DNA of 32,000 nucleotides from Nitrosococcus oceani ATCC 19707 (GCF_000012805.1 NC_007484.1:3300001-3332000); one strand, 5' to 3'; shown: positions 9,584-18,341, numbered from the stretch's first letter. Numbers and translations: made by a program. The notes: generated by a model from the letters alone, not told the origin.

Positions 9584-12500
9584 CTATTCCACATGACCCA
9601 TCATCCCTGCAACATCCATTGCCTTGATATAGCGGACGGGGTTTTCTGTGTCTTTTGCAATTTCTTCAAAGTGCCGTTCTCCGCACTTGATCTTCGCTCC
9701 TTCAAGGTGGCGTAAATCATCCCACCACGCGCTGCCTTTGGTCTCAACCACAAAGTAGAGCTTTTCCTCACCGCCATCTTCCACAACGACAGCCCAATCG
9801 GGGTTATAGGAACCGAGCGGCGTTGGCACTTTGAACCACGGGGGCAATTTGGCGTAAACTTTAACTCTTTCGTTCTTCTCCAAGTCTTCGGCGAAGGACT
9901 TCTCCACGCTTCCCGAGTCATACACGACATGGGTGTATACGGATTTTTGTACTTCCAGCGTATTCTTCAGATAGCCTTTCAACTCTTCCTGCTTAAAAAG
10001 TGCCTGGGCATAGCCGTGATCGTCACCGATCTTAGTGTATTTGATGCCGTCAACAAGCGCTAGCCGCTTAGTACGGTTAATCGCCTCGGAACAATAGTCG
10101 ATGAATTGCTGGGGATTGCGCAGGAAGTCCTGAAGCCTTCGGCTCTCCCTGAGTATCTGGACGATACTTTTTCGAGTGAGCTGGGTCTTGTCCTGCAAGT
10201 CGGTAATAATATCGGGCAACTCGATATCATTTTCGTGGATTGTGGTATAGCCGGAAGCGCTGGTTTCCTGAACCCCTACGCCACCTTTACCGATAGCAAT
10301 ATCCGCCTTTCTGAATTGGGCGCGGGTTTTGGTAATCGGCGGGCAGCTTCTTATGGCGTCGGCGCAATCGTTCAGGAGCTTCAGGTTGTCGAACTCCACA
10401 CGGTACGTGGTCTTGTACTTGATCCGCTCCCAGAGCAACCGGAACTCATCGGATTCAAGAACAGCTTCCCGCGTTCGAATGATTTTCCGATCATCGGCGT
10501 TCTTGATATCCAGCTTGCCAGCCAGCTTGCGTAGAACCGCCTGAATATCCGATGTGATTATATCAGTCTGTTCCTCTCCGTGATTCTTGACAAGCTCCTG
10601 CTTGATTTCCTCTGGCAGCTCAAAGTTTCCGTTTTTCAACGCGGCGCGAAGACTGTCCTGCACCTTACCTTTTACATCCACAAATTGCTGATCTTTGAGG
10701 AACTGCCAAATCTTCTCTGACTGTTCCACCCCCAAAGGTGCAACCTCGCCTTGTTCGTTGAGGGTTTGAATGGTCGCGAATTGGTGTGGTTCGACAATGC
10801 CGAAGCGAATACCCGTATCCTGTTCGATCTCTTTTTGCAGGTTATCGGCAAATTTTTCGTAGTTTTCCGTGGCAATTACGGTCAGCGTGTTCACGTCGTT
10901 GCCGCGAAGCCGTTCGCCATTCTGATTGACGCAGAGACGCAGGCCACGGCCAAGGGTTTGGCGTCGCTCCCGTTCGCTTCCCATGTCGCGGAGCGTGCAA
11001 ATCTGGAAAACGTTGGGATTGTCCCAACCTTCCTTCAGAGCGGAGTGAGAAAAAATGAATTTCAGCTTGGTATCAAAGCTCAGTAGCTTTTCCTTCTCCT
11101 TCATAATCAGGTTGTATGCCCGCTCTGCATTGTCGCGGTTCGCCTGATTATTCTCGGCGGTGTCGACAGATCGGCCTTTCTTATCAATAGAAAAATAGCC
11201 GTTATGCACCTCGTCCGCCCCAGCCTCCAGATCAATTTCCCTGAACAGGCTTTGATAATCCGCTGACTTGGCCAGCTTGCGGTATTCCTCCTCGAACATC
11301 CGAGCGTACTTGCCCTTAACAGCGTTACCGTCCTCGTCGTACTGGCGGTAGTGCGTGACACTATCAATGAAAAATAGGCTGAGCACTTTGATTGGCTTCT
11401 TGTTCGCAGCGAACATCAGCTCCTTATCGAAGTGCTCCTTGATGGTTCGCCGGATCATCAAGCGCTTGATTTGGTCGGGATCAACGCCACCAATGGCCTC
11501 GCCTGGTCGAAGCCGTTGATCGAAGCCGTCGCCCTTGACCTCAATGGACTCATTATCTTTGCCACAGGTAATGGTACCCATCTGCATGTTTTCATAAATG
11601 GAGCGGCCTGTGATCTGCTCCAGATCGTCGCCGTCCTCCACGGTTAGGAATTCTCGCCGGACATTCTTGCCGCGCTGAACATCCACTTCCACTTTGGCGG
11701 TAATTGATCCTTTCCGGTTATCCGTGGAGTCCAGCCGGATATAGGGTTTGTTGTGTCCACTGTCGATCTGGAGTGACGCCACCTCAATCTGCTTAACCAA
11801 GCCTCGCTCATAGGCGTCCACGGCATCCAAGCGGAAGGTCATGTGATGCTTGTCCACATGGGTCGCGGAATAACGCAGGGTGCACAACGGATTCATCGCC
11901 GTGAGCGCTTCCTTGCCTTTGCCTGTCAGGCCACCGTCAACGCTTTGTGGCTCATCGACAATAATGATCGGGTTCGTGGCGCGAACAAGGTCAATCGGCT
12001 TTTCACCACCTGTATTCTCGTTTTCCTTGTATAGATTGTTGACATCCTTTTTATTGATCGCGCCGACCGTCGTCACCATGATCTGGATATTGGAACTGGT
12101 AGCGAAGTTGCGCACCTGACCCAGCTTGGAGGAATCATAGAGGAAGTATTCGTAGCCCTTGGCCTTCGGGTACAAGCCTTCAAAATGCTCTTGCGTGATT
12201 TGCAGCGTCTTATAAGTACCTTCCTTAATCGCAATGGACGGCACGACAATCGCGAACTTGGTGAAGCCGTAGTTCTTGTTCAGTTCAAAGATCGTGCGCA
12301 AATACACGTAGGTCTTGCCCGTTCCGGTCTCCATTTCAACGGTAAAGTCTCCGCTGGCTAGCTTCTTGGTAGGCCGCAGGCCATTCTGAAGTTGCACCTT
12401 ACGCAGGTTTTCTTCAATTTCTTCATCAACCAACAAGAGCCTGTTGCCGATACCGAGCTGATTCTCCTCCAAACCCAAAGATAAGTTGAGGCTAGACTCC

Positions 12501-12616
12501 GGCTGGAATGTCACGGTGAATTCAGAGCGGGATATTTCCTGTCCTTTAAACAGACTGACAACCGAGTCTATCGCGGCTTTTTGGTAATCCAGATCGTCTT
12601 CAAATTGGAGTTTCAT
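9584..12616 (-). CDS. res: Type III restriction endonuclease, Res subunit (SF2 helicase-nuclease)
   Basis: 1010-aa ORF. Walker A-like METGTGKT, DEAH-type IIVDEPQ, helicase C motifs (QTLGRGLRL), C-terminal PD-(D/E)XK-like YNPDW.VV......YFVVETKG. Sits directly downstream of mod. Confidence 0.9.
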   Translation of the reverse strand: MKLQFEDDLDYQKAAIDSVVSLFKGQEISRSEFTVTFQPESSLNLSLGLEENQLGIGNRLLLVDEEIEENLRKVQLQNGLRPTKKLASGDFTVEMETGTGKTYVYLRTIFELNKNYGFTKFAIVVPSIAIKEGTYKTLQITQEHFEGLYPKAKGYEYFLYDSSKLGQVRNFATSSNIQIMVTTVGAINKKDVNNLYKENENTGGEKPIDLVRATNPIIIVDEPQSVDGGLTGKGKEALTAMNPLCTLRYSATHVDKHHMTFRLDAVDAYERGLVKQIEVASLQIDSGHNKPYIRLDSTDNRKGSITAKVEVDVQRGKNVRREFLTVEDGDDLEQITGRSIYENMQMGTITCGKDNESIEVKGDGFDQRLRPGEAIGGVDPDQIKRLMIRRTIKEHFDKELMFAANKKPIKVLSLFFIDSVTHYRQYDEDGNAVKGKYARMFEEEYRKLAKSADYQSLFREIDLEAGADEVHNGYFSIDKKGRSVDTAENNQANRDNAERAYNLIMKEKEKLLSFDTKLKFIFSHSALKEGWDNPNVFQICTLRDMGSERERRQTLGRGLRLCVNQNGERLRGNDVNTLTVIATENYEKFADNLQKEIEQDTGIRFGIVEPHQFATIQTLNEQGEVAPLGVEQSEKIWQFLKDQQFVDVKGKVQDSLRAALKNGNFELPEEIKQELVKNHGEEQTDIITSDIQAVLRKLAGKLDIKNADDRKIIRTREAVLESDEFRLLWERIKYKTTYRVEFDNLKLLNDCADAIRSCPPITKTRAQFRKADIAIGKGGVGVQETSASGYTTIHENDIELPDIITDLQDKTQLTRKSIVQILRESRRLQDFLRNPQQFIDYCSEAINRTKRLALVDGIKYTKIGDDHGYAQALFKQEELKGYLKNTLEVQKSVYTHVVYDSGSVEKSFAEDLEKNERVKVYAKLPPWFKVPTPLGSYNPDWAVVVEDGGEEKLYFVVETKGSAWWDDLRHLEGAKIKCGERHFEEIAKDTENPVRYIKAMDVAGMMGHVE

Positions 12617-12634
12617 TTACTTTGAATCCAAATT

Positions 12635-12710
12635 AACCACGGAACACACAGAATACACTGAAAAATATAATGGTGACTCATTTCCGTGTTATCCGTGTTT
12701 TCTGTGGTTT
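12635..12710. repeat. Imperfect inverted repeat (29-30-bp arms) made of CACGGAA-like units, mod-res intergenic
   Basis: AACCACGGAACACACAGAATACACTGAAA (12635-12663) versus the reverse complement of TTTCCGTGTTATCCGTGTTTTCTGTGGTTT (12681-12710). 23 of 29 positions match, 17-nt loop. Confidence 0.85.
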
Positions 12711-12716
12711 ATATCT

Positions 12717-14591
12717 TTACAAGCTGCGTACATGGGTTATACCGCTCTGCTCCAGAATGGCGGCCATGTTGGTTTTCGAAACATCATCGCTGAAGGCGCT
12801 ATCACGGAAGAAGACGTGGGTGTCAGAGCTTGGCGCAAGCTCCCGATGCCACTCGACGATACTTTGACCAATTTCCTCGACTTGATCCTTGTTGATGGAC
12901 TCATCCAGACAAGCGAACAAGACGCCGTAGCCAATGCTGTAGATGTTTTTGCCTAACACTTCACGGCTTTCGATGGGAACAGCAAGGTCTACGCCGCGCT
13001 TAAGAAGAAGTTCATAAAGAATATCATTCTCCGAACGCCCTTCGATCAAGTGCTCCTGTTGAGACAATAGACTTTGTTCTAAGTCTTGCCGATCAGGGTT
13101 CCATGCTTGAATATTCGAACTTGATAGTTTAAAAACTTTAAATCCCTGATCGAACGTCGCATCGGGATTTTCATTGGTGATCTTTTTTCCAGCTTCTTTT
13201 ACTCTTCTTTTACCTATATCTGCGATCGATCTGTACGACTCACTTTCCAGCAACTCAGGCAGTTGCACCATAATAAACCTTCTATTCGAGCCTTCATTGG
13301 CATTTATATTTAGTATCGCATGGGCAGTAGACGCAGAGCCAGCAAAGAAATCCAAAACGATTTCTTCACTATCGCCACCGGTCGAAATACGTAGCATATG
13401 CTCAATTAGGCGGACAGGCTTAGGCGTATCGAATTTGATATCATCAATTAATTCTGAGAGAACTTTCGTTGCCTCTTGTGTATGGCCAACATCTGAGTAA
13501 AGCCAAACTGTTCTAGGTACGACTCCTTTTGCTTTTGATAAGAATTTTTTTAGTCGGGGTGAATTGCTCGTCCCATCTTTACCCCAGTAAATGATATTTT
13601 CTTCGGCGTGTTTCTGGCTCACCTCCCTCGAGTACTTCCATACAGCCGTCTTTTTTGGCCAAACATCCTGCCCAGTATTTGGATTTACTAGCGGGTAATA
13701 CAAATTTGGGCGCTCATCACTATCTTTGTTACACGTGTATGTCGCAGAGTTCCAATTACCCCTCGGGTCATTATCGGGGTTTGTGTAGTTGCTTTTTTGC
13801 CTCTCGTTCATAGGCAACTTAAATGGTCGCCATATCAGTTTATTCTTTGCGTAAACTAATATGTGATCATGGTCGCTGCTAAACCATGTAGCGTCATTGG
13901 ATGGAGATACTTTCTTTTGCCAGACGATACTGGTCACAAAATTTTCTTCACCGAAAATCTCGTCACAAACCTGCCTTAGTGTGGCCACTTCGTTATCATC
14001 TATAGTTATGAAGATCACTCCTTCCTGAGACAGTAGCTGTTTAGCTAATTTCAGTCGCGGATACATCATACTCAGCCAATTCGTATGTTTCCGGCCGGTT
14101 GATTCAGTGTTAGAAGAAAACTTCATTCCCTCATCATCAACTTGCCCTGTGTACTTGAGGTAGGTATCCAGATTCTCCTGAAACTTGTCTGGGTAAATAA
14201 ATTCCTTACCCGTGTTGTACGGCGGATCGATATAGATCATCTTGACTTTGTTGGCGTAGCTCTTCTGAAGCAGCTTCAAAACCTCAAGGTTGTCACCCTC
14301 GATAAACAGATTCTTGGTCGTATCCCAATTAATGCTTTCTTCTGGACAAGGCAGCAACGTCCCTGTGGATGGCGTAAGCGCTATCTGACGAGCCCTTTTC
14401 TTGCCATGCCAATTGAGGCCGTATTTTTCTTCGCCCTCATCTAGCACCTTGGCATCACCAAGCAACTGGTGGAGCACATCGAAATTGACACCGCTCTCGC
14501 TGAAAGCCTCGGGGAACAGCTCTTTCAATCGTTCAATGTTCTCTGAAACGATGTCGGCGCTTTCGCCTTCTTTTGGTTGTATTTTTTTCAT
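12717..14591 (-). CDS. mod: Type III restriction-modification DNA methyltransferase, Mod subunit (N6-adenine)
   Basis: ORF 12717..14627. IYIDPPYNTG catalytic motif and a C-terminal FAGSASTAHA AdoMet motif. Start moved to Met 14591 because the 12 upstream codons are just the translated repeat. Confidence 0.9.
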   Translation of the reverse strand: MKKIQPKEGESADIVSENIERLKELFPEAFSESGVNFDVLHQLLGDAKVLDEGEEKYGLNWHGKKRARQIALTPSTGTLLPCPEESINWDTTKNLFIEGDNLEVLKLLQKSYANKVKMIYIDPPYNTGKEFIYPDKFQENLDTYLKYTGQVDDEGMKFSSNTESTGRKHTNWLSMMYPRLKLAKQLLSQEGVIFITIDDNEVATLRQVCDEIFGEENFVTSIVWQKKVSPSNDATWFSSDHDHILVYAKNKLIWRPFKLPMNERQKSNYTNPDNDPRGNWNSATYTCNKDSDERPNLYYPLVNPNTGQDVWPKKTAVWKYSREVSQKHAEENIIYWGKDGTSNSPRLKKFLSKAKGVVPRTVWLYSDVGHTQEATKVLSELIDDIKFDTPKPVRLIEHMLRISTGGDSEEIVLDFFAGSASTAHAILNINANEGSNRRFIMVQLPELLESESYRSIADIGKRRVKEAGKKITNENPDATFDQGFKVFKLSSSNIQAWNPDRQDLEQSLLSQQEHLIEGRSENDILYELLLKRGVDLAVPIESREVLGKNIYSIGYGVLFACLDESINKDQVEEIGQSIVEWHRELAPSSDTHVFFRDSAFSDDVSKTNMAAILEQSGITHVRSL

Positions 14592-14603
14592 GTTTTTCTC
14601 TTT

Positions 14604-14675
14604 AACCACGGAACACACGGAATACACTGAAAAACCATGTTGTTATTTCCCTGTTGTTTGGGTATTCCGTGGTTT
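14604..14675. repeat. Second inverted repeat of the same family, between the GxxExxY gene and mod
   Basis: AACCACGGAACACACGGAATACACTGAAAAA (14604-14634) versus the reverse complement of ATTTCCCTGTTGTTTGGGTATTCCGTGGTTT (14645-14675). The outer 10 bp are perfect. The right arm overlaps the GxxExxY stop codon. Confidence 0.8.
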
Positions 14676-15057
14676 ACATAACAATTCGTTCAATTTCAAC
14701 CTTGGGATAGTGCCCAAAATTCACCAGCAACCCTAAACGCATGCCAGCTGCTTTTAGGTAATTATGCACCTGCGCCCGATGTTCATCAGCCAAGTTACTA
14801 ATAGCTTTAATTTCAACAATTATTTTGTCATGACAAATAAAATCTGGCTTGTAGGTTTGCTTCAGCGGCACGGATTTGTAAATAAGTATGAGCTCCGGTT
14901 GCGCGATGTAGGCAATTCTTTTCCTTGAGAATTCCCTAGCCAGACATTCCTGATACACCGACTCAAGAAAACCACAGCCCATCTCCCTGTAAACCTCAAA
15001 CACCGCCCCGCGAATCGCGTAACTTTCTTTCTCGTAAATAATTCCTTTCTGTGTCAT
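14674..15057 (-). CDS. GxxExxY protein (PD-(D/E)XK nuclease fold, PDDEXK_3-like)
   Basis: 127-aa ORF with GAVFEVY..MG.GFLE.VYQ..L..E.......Q......Y.......Y..DF......IVEIKA...L...H.AQ..NYLKA.....GLL.NFG, the family signature. Confidence 0.85.
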   Translation of the reverse strand: MTQKGIIYEKESYAIRGAVFEVYREMGCGFLESVYQECLAREFSRKRIAYIAQPELILIYKSVPLKQTYKPDFICHDKIIVEIKAISNLADEHRAQVHNYLKAAGMRLGLLVNFGHYPKVEIERIVM

Positions 15058-15075
15058 TCCGTGTATTCCGTGGTT
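15055..15075. repeat. Solitary arm of the CACGGAA repeat overlapping the GxxExxY start codon
   Basis: Minus strand reads AACCACGGAATACACGGAATG with ATG as the start codon. There is no partner arm within 400 bp upstream. Confidence 0.75.
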
Positions 15076-15438
15076 CCATTAAAGACCCTCCGTGATCTCG
15101 GTAATCCTGTCTTTAAGCTTTTTTACTTTCGTATTCAGATCGACCTGCCTGCCCATTTACTTCTCTTTCTTGAGCTTATTGGCAACTTAGCTGTTATTTC
15201 CGTTGGCCAGTAACATGCGTTCCGCCCCTTATTCCTTTTGGCTTTTCTTGTTGCGCTCCATCCATTTTTCGATGTCGGACTGCTTAAGATTATGATTCCG
15301 TCATTTATCACTTTATCCATCCAAAACGATACGCGAGAGAATAAGAAAATATTGAGCAATCGACAACCGGACGACCCTTTAAAATCTGGTCAAAGCTAGC
15401 CGACCACCCTTCCTGCGATACAGAACGCGCATTTTTCC

Positions 15439-15467
15439 TTGACAAGGAAGCACTAATTCAGTATTTT
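15439..15467 (+). promoter_or_regulatory. Candidate sigma-70 promoter of hipBA
   Basis: TTGACA (15439-15444), 17-nt spacer, TATTTT (15462-15467). Confidence 0.6.
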
Positions 15468-15470
15468 GAG

Positions 15471-15511
15471 TTTTATATAGACCATAAAGAGATTTTATGG
15501 TCTATATAAAA
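15471..15511. promoter_or_regulatory. Perfect 18-bp inverted repeat, probable HipB operator
   Basis: TTTTATATAGACCATAAA-gagat-TTTATGGTCTATATAAAA, located between the -10 and the hipB ATG at 15526. Confidence 0.65.
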
Positions 15512-15525
15512 ACCATTTTAGCACG

Positions 15526-15864
15526 ATGCCAAAGTCCATTGTACGTACTTACTCCCGTTATACCCGCGATGCGTCTGCCTTGCTCGGCGGATTGATCCGT
15601 ACCGCTCGTAAAGAACGTAGGCTCACCATGCAGGAAATTGCCGACCGTGCAGGTATTTCCAGAGGGCTGCTGCAACGCATTGAGAAAGGCGACCTTAAAT
15701 GTGAAATCGGCGCTGTGTTCGAAGTCGCAACCATTGTCGGGATCAAGCTGTTCGAGGCGGATGAAACTACGCTAACGAAGCACTTGCGCCGGACCGAAGA
15801 CAAATTGGCGCTGCTGCCGAAGTCCATTCGCAAGAAATCCAAGACGGTACGGGATGACTTCTAA
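15526..15864 (+). CDS. hipB: XRE-family HTH antitoxin HipB
   Basis: 112-aa ORF with HTH segment LTMQEIADRAGISRGLLQRIEKG. Overlaps hipA by 11 nt. Confidence 0.8.
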   Translation: MPKSIVRTYSRYTRDASALLGGLIRTARKERRLTMQEIADRAGISRGLLQRIEKGDLKCEIGAVFEVATIVGIKLFEADETTLTKHLRRTEDKLALLPKSIRKKSKTVRDDF

Positions 15865-17113
15865 TAAAGAAGCCTTCGTCTGGATTTGGCTGCCGGAAGA
15901 AACGAAACCCATTGTGGCCGGACGGCTAGAAGCAGACAACGGCCACATTCTGTTTAACTACGGCAAGAGCTATCTGGAGCGTATCGGGGATCAACCGCCT
16001 GCAATTCCAATTTACCAACCCGAGTTGCCGTTGAAGGCCGGAGTATTGCCACTGCCGAAAGGATTGACCATGCCCGGCTGTATTCGAGACGCCTCGCCCG
16101 ATGCCTGGGGGCGGCGCGTGATTATCAATAAGCAATTAGGTCTTAAAGGCGCTGGCACGGATACGGCCGAGCTGGGCGAATTGACCTACCTTCTCGAATC
16201 CGGCTCTGACCGGATCGGCGCGCTCGATTTTCAACGCTCACCATCCGAGTACATATCGCGTACGGCGAGCAACGTCAGCATAGAAGAGCTGATCGAGTCT
16301 GCTGACCGTGTCGAAAAGGGCGTTCCTCTTACGCCGGAACTAGATCAGGCATTATTCCATGGCAGTTCTATCGGCGGCGCTCGGCCAAAGGCTTTGATCC
16401 AAGATCAAGGCAAGAAGTATGTGGCCAAATTTTCATCCAGCACCGATCTCTACAGCATCGTCAAAGCCGAATTTATTGCTATGCGACTAGCGGCATGGGC
16501 TGGACTTAATGTTGCCCCCGTTAAACTGGCTAAGGCAGCAAATAGGGACGTGCTGCTGATTGAGCGATTTGACCGTATTCCGCAAGGCAGCGATTGGTCA
16601 CGCAAGGCTATGGTTTCCGCGCTCACGTTGCTTGGCCTCGATGATATGATGGCCCGTTACGCCAGCTATGAAACGCTGGCCGAAATTATCCGTCATCGTT
16701 TTACCGACCCGAAGAATACACTGAAGGAACTTTTCTCTCGGCTCGTTTTTAATATTCTGTGCGGCAATACCGACGACCACGCGCGAAACCACGCCGCGTT
16801 TTGGAACGGCGAGGCACTGACCCTGACCCCTGCCTATGACATTTGCCCCCAAGGCCGCACGGGCAATGAAGCGTCACAGGCTATGTTGATTGCAGGTAAC
16901 AACAACCTCAGTCAACTGAAAACCTGCCTTGAAACTGCACACAATTTCCTACTCTCCGCGGAAGATGCCCAGGCTATCTTTGGAAATCTGACTGCCGCCA
17001 TCGAACAGCATTGGGATGCCGTCTGTGAAGAAGCCGAATTGAATGAAGTGGATAAGAGGTTCTTGTGGGGACGACAGTTTCTAAACCGCTACGCCACGAT
17101 GAATCTCAACTAA
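15854..17113 (+). CDS. hipA: HipA-family serine/threonine kinase toxin
   Basis: 419-aa ORF. N-terminal coupling domain (VWIW.......VAGRL), GSSIGGARPKA P-loop-like motif, catalytic NTDDHARNHA. Confidence 0.88.
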   Translation: MTSNKEAFVWIWLPEETKPIVAGRLEADNGHILFNYGKSYLERIGDQPPAIPIYQPELPLKAGVLPLPKGLTMPGCIRDASPDAWGRRVIINKQLGLKGAGTDTAELGELTYLLESGSDRIGALDFQRSPSEYISRTASNVSIEELIESADRVEKGVPLTPELDQALFHGSSIGGARPKALIQDQGKKYVAKFSSSTDLYSIVKAEFIAMRLAAWAGLNVAPVKLAKAANRDVLLIERFDRIPQGSDWSRKAMVSALTLLGLDDMMARYASYETLAEIIRHRFTDPKNTLKELFSRLVFNILCGNTDDHARNHAAFWNGEALTLTPAYDICPQGRTGNEASQAMLIAGNNNLSQLKTCLETAHNFLLSAEDAQAIFGNLTAAIEQHWDAVCEEAELNEVDKRFLWGRQFLNRYATMNLN

Positions 17114-17192
17114 TACAAATTGTTCGCCAGCGCTTAATTGGGCATGGGATAAAGTCTCCCATCAGGGTTTCTTCCTCAAACTAACCAAAATA

Positions 17193-17287
17193 CACTCCGC
17201 GTCGTAAAATGGCGCTTGTCATTTGAGCACGGCCCCCCGAGTTTTAGGGACCACTTCCCTGCTTGAATCCTCCATAGAATCATTCAT
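17193..17287 (-). pseudogene. Direct repeat B: decayed duplicate of the methyltransferase 5' end
   Basis: Minus strand reads MNDSMEDSSREVVPKTRGAVLK*QAPFYDAEC, against MDRNNAMENSSREVAPKTRGAVLKWQAPIYDLEC at 9560. It has a TGG to TGA change and a 1-nt deletion. Its ATG at 17287 lies 10 nt after the hemS stop. Confidence 0.8.
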
Positions 17288-17297
17288 GGTTAATAAT

Positions 17298-18341
17298 TTA
17301 TACCGTGTGCAATCGGCTCTCTGCCGGGATTGATTCGCTCTCCAGGGCCCCTAATAAACTCTGCCAAATGGCATCTTCCCCCTGCCCCGGTGGAAACGGG
17401 CTGAATATCTGTAACACATTCTCTCCCGCCCAATTATATAACTCCAGGCAGGCTGGTGTATCCTTGTCTTCCGGTTTACGTACCAACCAGGCGCTGGCAA
17501 TTCCCGTCCTTTGTACGTAAAGGGTAAAATCGGTATCCAGGGCCGCAAGCCAAAGCCCGGTAGACTCCACCTGTTTGACGGTTCCCCCGTGGATTTGCAT
17601 TGCGCCCCCATTATCCACCTGAAAGATTAAAGGTAGCTCGGTTTCCCATAACACTTCCATCAATGCCCGTAAATCGGTTAGGAGCACAGGGGTAGCGAAC
17701 TCACGTCCCGCCAACCTCAAGCCTTGAATTCGGCTCGCCCCAAAGGATCTAAAAAGCGCGGGAAGATCACGAAGATCCTGAAGTTCTCGCCATGCCTCCC
17801 GAAGCCGAGTGACATCAATTACTTCATCGGCCCGGGGGGGCAACCGTGGCACTGGTGCCACTGATTGACGGGGCCGCTGATCGGCGCTGCGATAGCAGGC
17901 GACTAAGTTTTCATAAGCCCTCCAGTCGCTCTCTGCAGTCAGGTAAATCTTATGTACGCTGACGCCATCCCGGTCAAAAAACTGCAAGCTATGACGGACC
18001 CCGTCGTCCCATAATTCTTTGACAGCAAAACCATAGTGCCAGTGATTGAGAAACAAGCGCAGATCAATACCCTCTCCCTGTATCCGCCCTAGGGAATCAA
18101 ATAATTTAACGGCCTGGTACTGGCCGGTCTGTTCGTGCACCGCATGCCGATTACCTGTCACGGCCCTTACTTTGTCTAATTGAGGCAATTCCTTAAGGAG
18201 ATCCCGTAGGCCACATAAACGAGTGACCATTTCCCCACAACAAGCCGCTAGCGTCTCAGCTTCACTGACTTCCCTAGGAATAGTTCTTTGCAAGCAAACC
18301 TTGGGCTTTGTTTGATCATGCGGCCACTGCGTCCTCAGCAT
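17298..18341 (-). CDS. hemS: HemS/ChuS/PhuS-family hemin-degrading / heme-trafficking protein
   Basis: 347-aa ORF of typical family length. LRLFL.HW...FAV.E......SLQFFD..G...HK.YL motif and a two-repeat architecture. Confidence 0.75.
   Translation of the reverse strand: MLRTQWPHDQTKPKVCLQRTIPREVSEAETLAACCGEMVTRLCGLRDLLKELPQLDKVRAVTGNRHAVHEQTGQYQAVKLFDSLGRIQGEGIDLRLFLNHWHYGFAVKELWDDGVRHSLQFFDRDGVSVHKIYLTAESDWRAYENLVACYRSADQRPRQSVAPVPRLPPRADEVIDVTRLREAWRELQDLRDLPALFRSFGASRIQGLRLAGREFATPVLLTDLRALMEVLWETELPLIFQVDNGGAMQIHGGTVKQVESTGLWLAALDTDFTLYVQRTGIASAWLVRKPEDKDTPACLELYNWAGENVLQIFSPFPPGQGEDAIWQSLLGALESESIPAESRLHTV

Noticed and set aside
14592-14627. N-terminal extension MYSVCSVVKEKN of the mod ORF
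   Set aside because: These codons are simply the translated CACGGAA repeat arm. The Met at 14591 gives a normal Mod N-terminus.
12635-15075. The CACGGAA repeats as a CRISPR array
   Set aside because: There are only five units, arranged as inverted pairs and separated by whole genes rather than 30-40-bp spacers. There are no cas genes.
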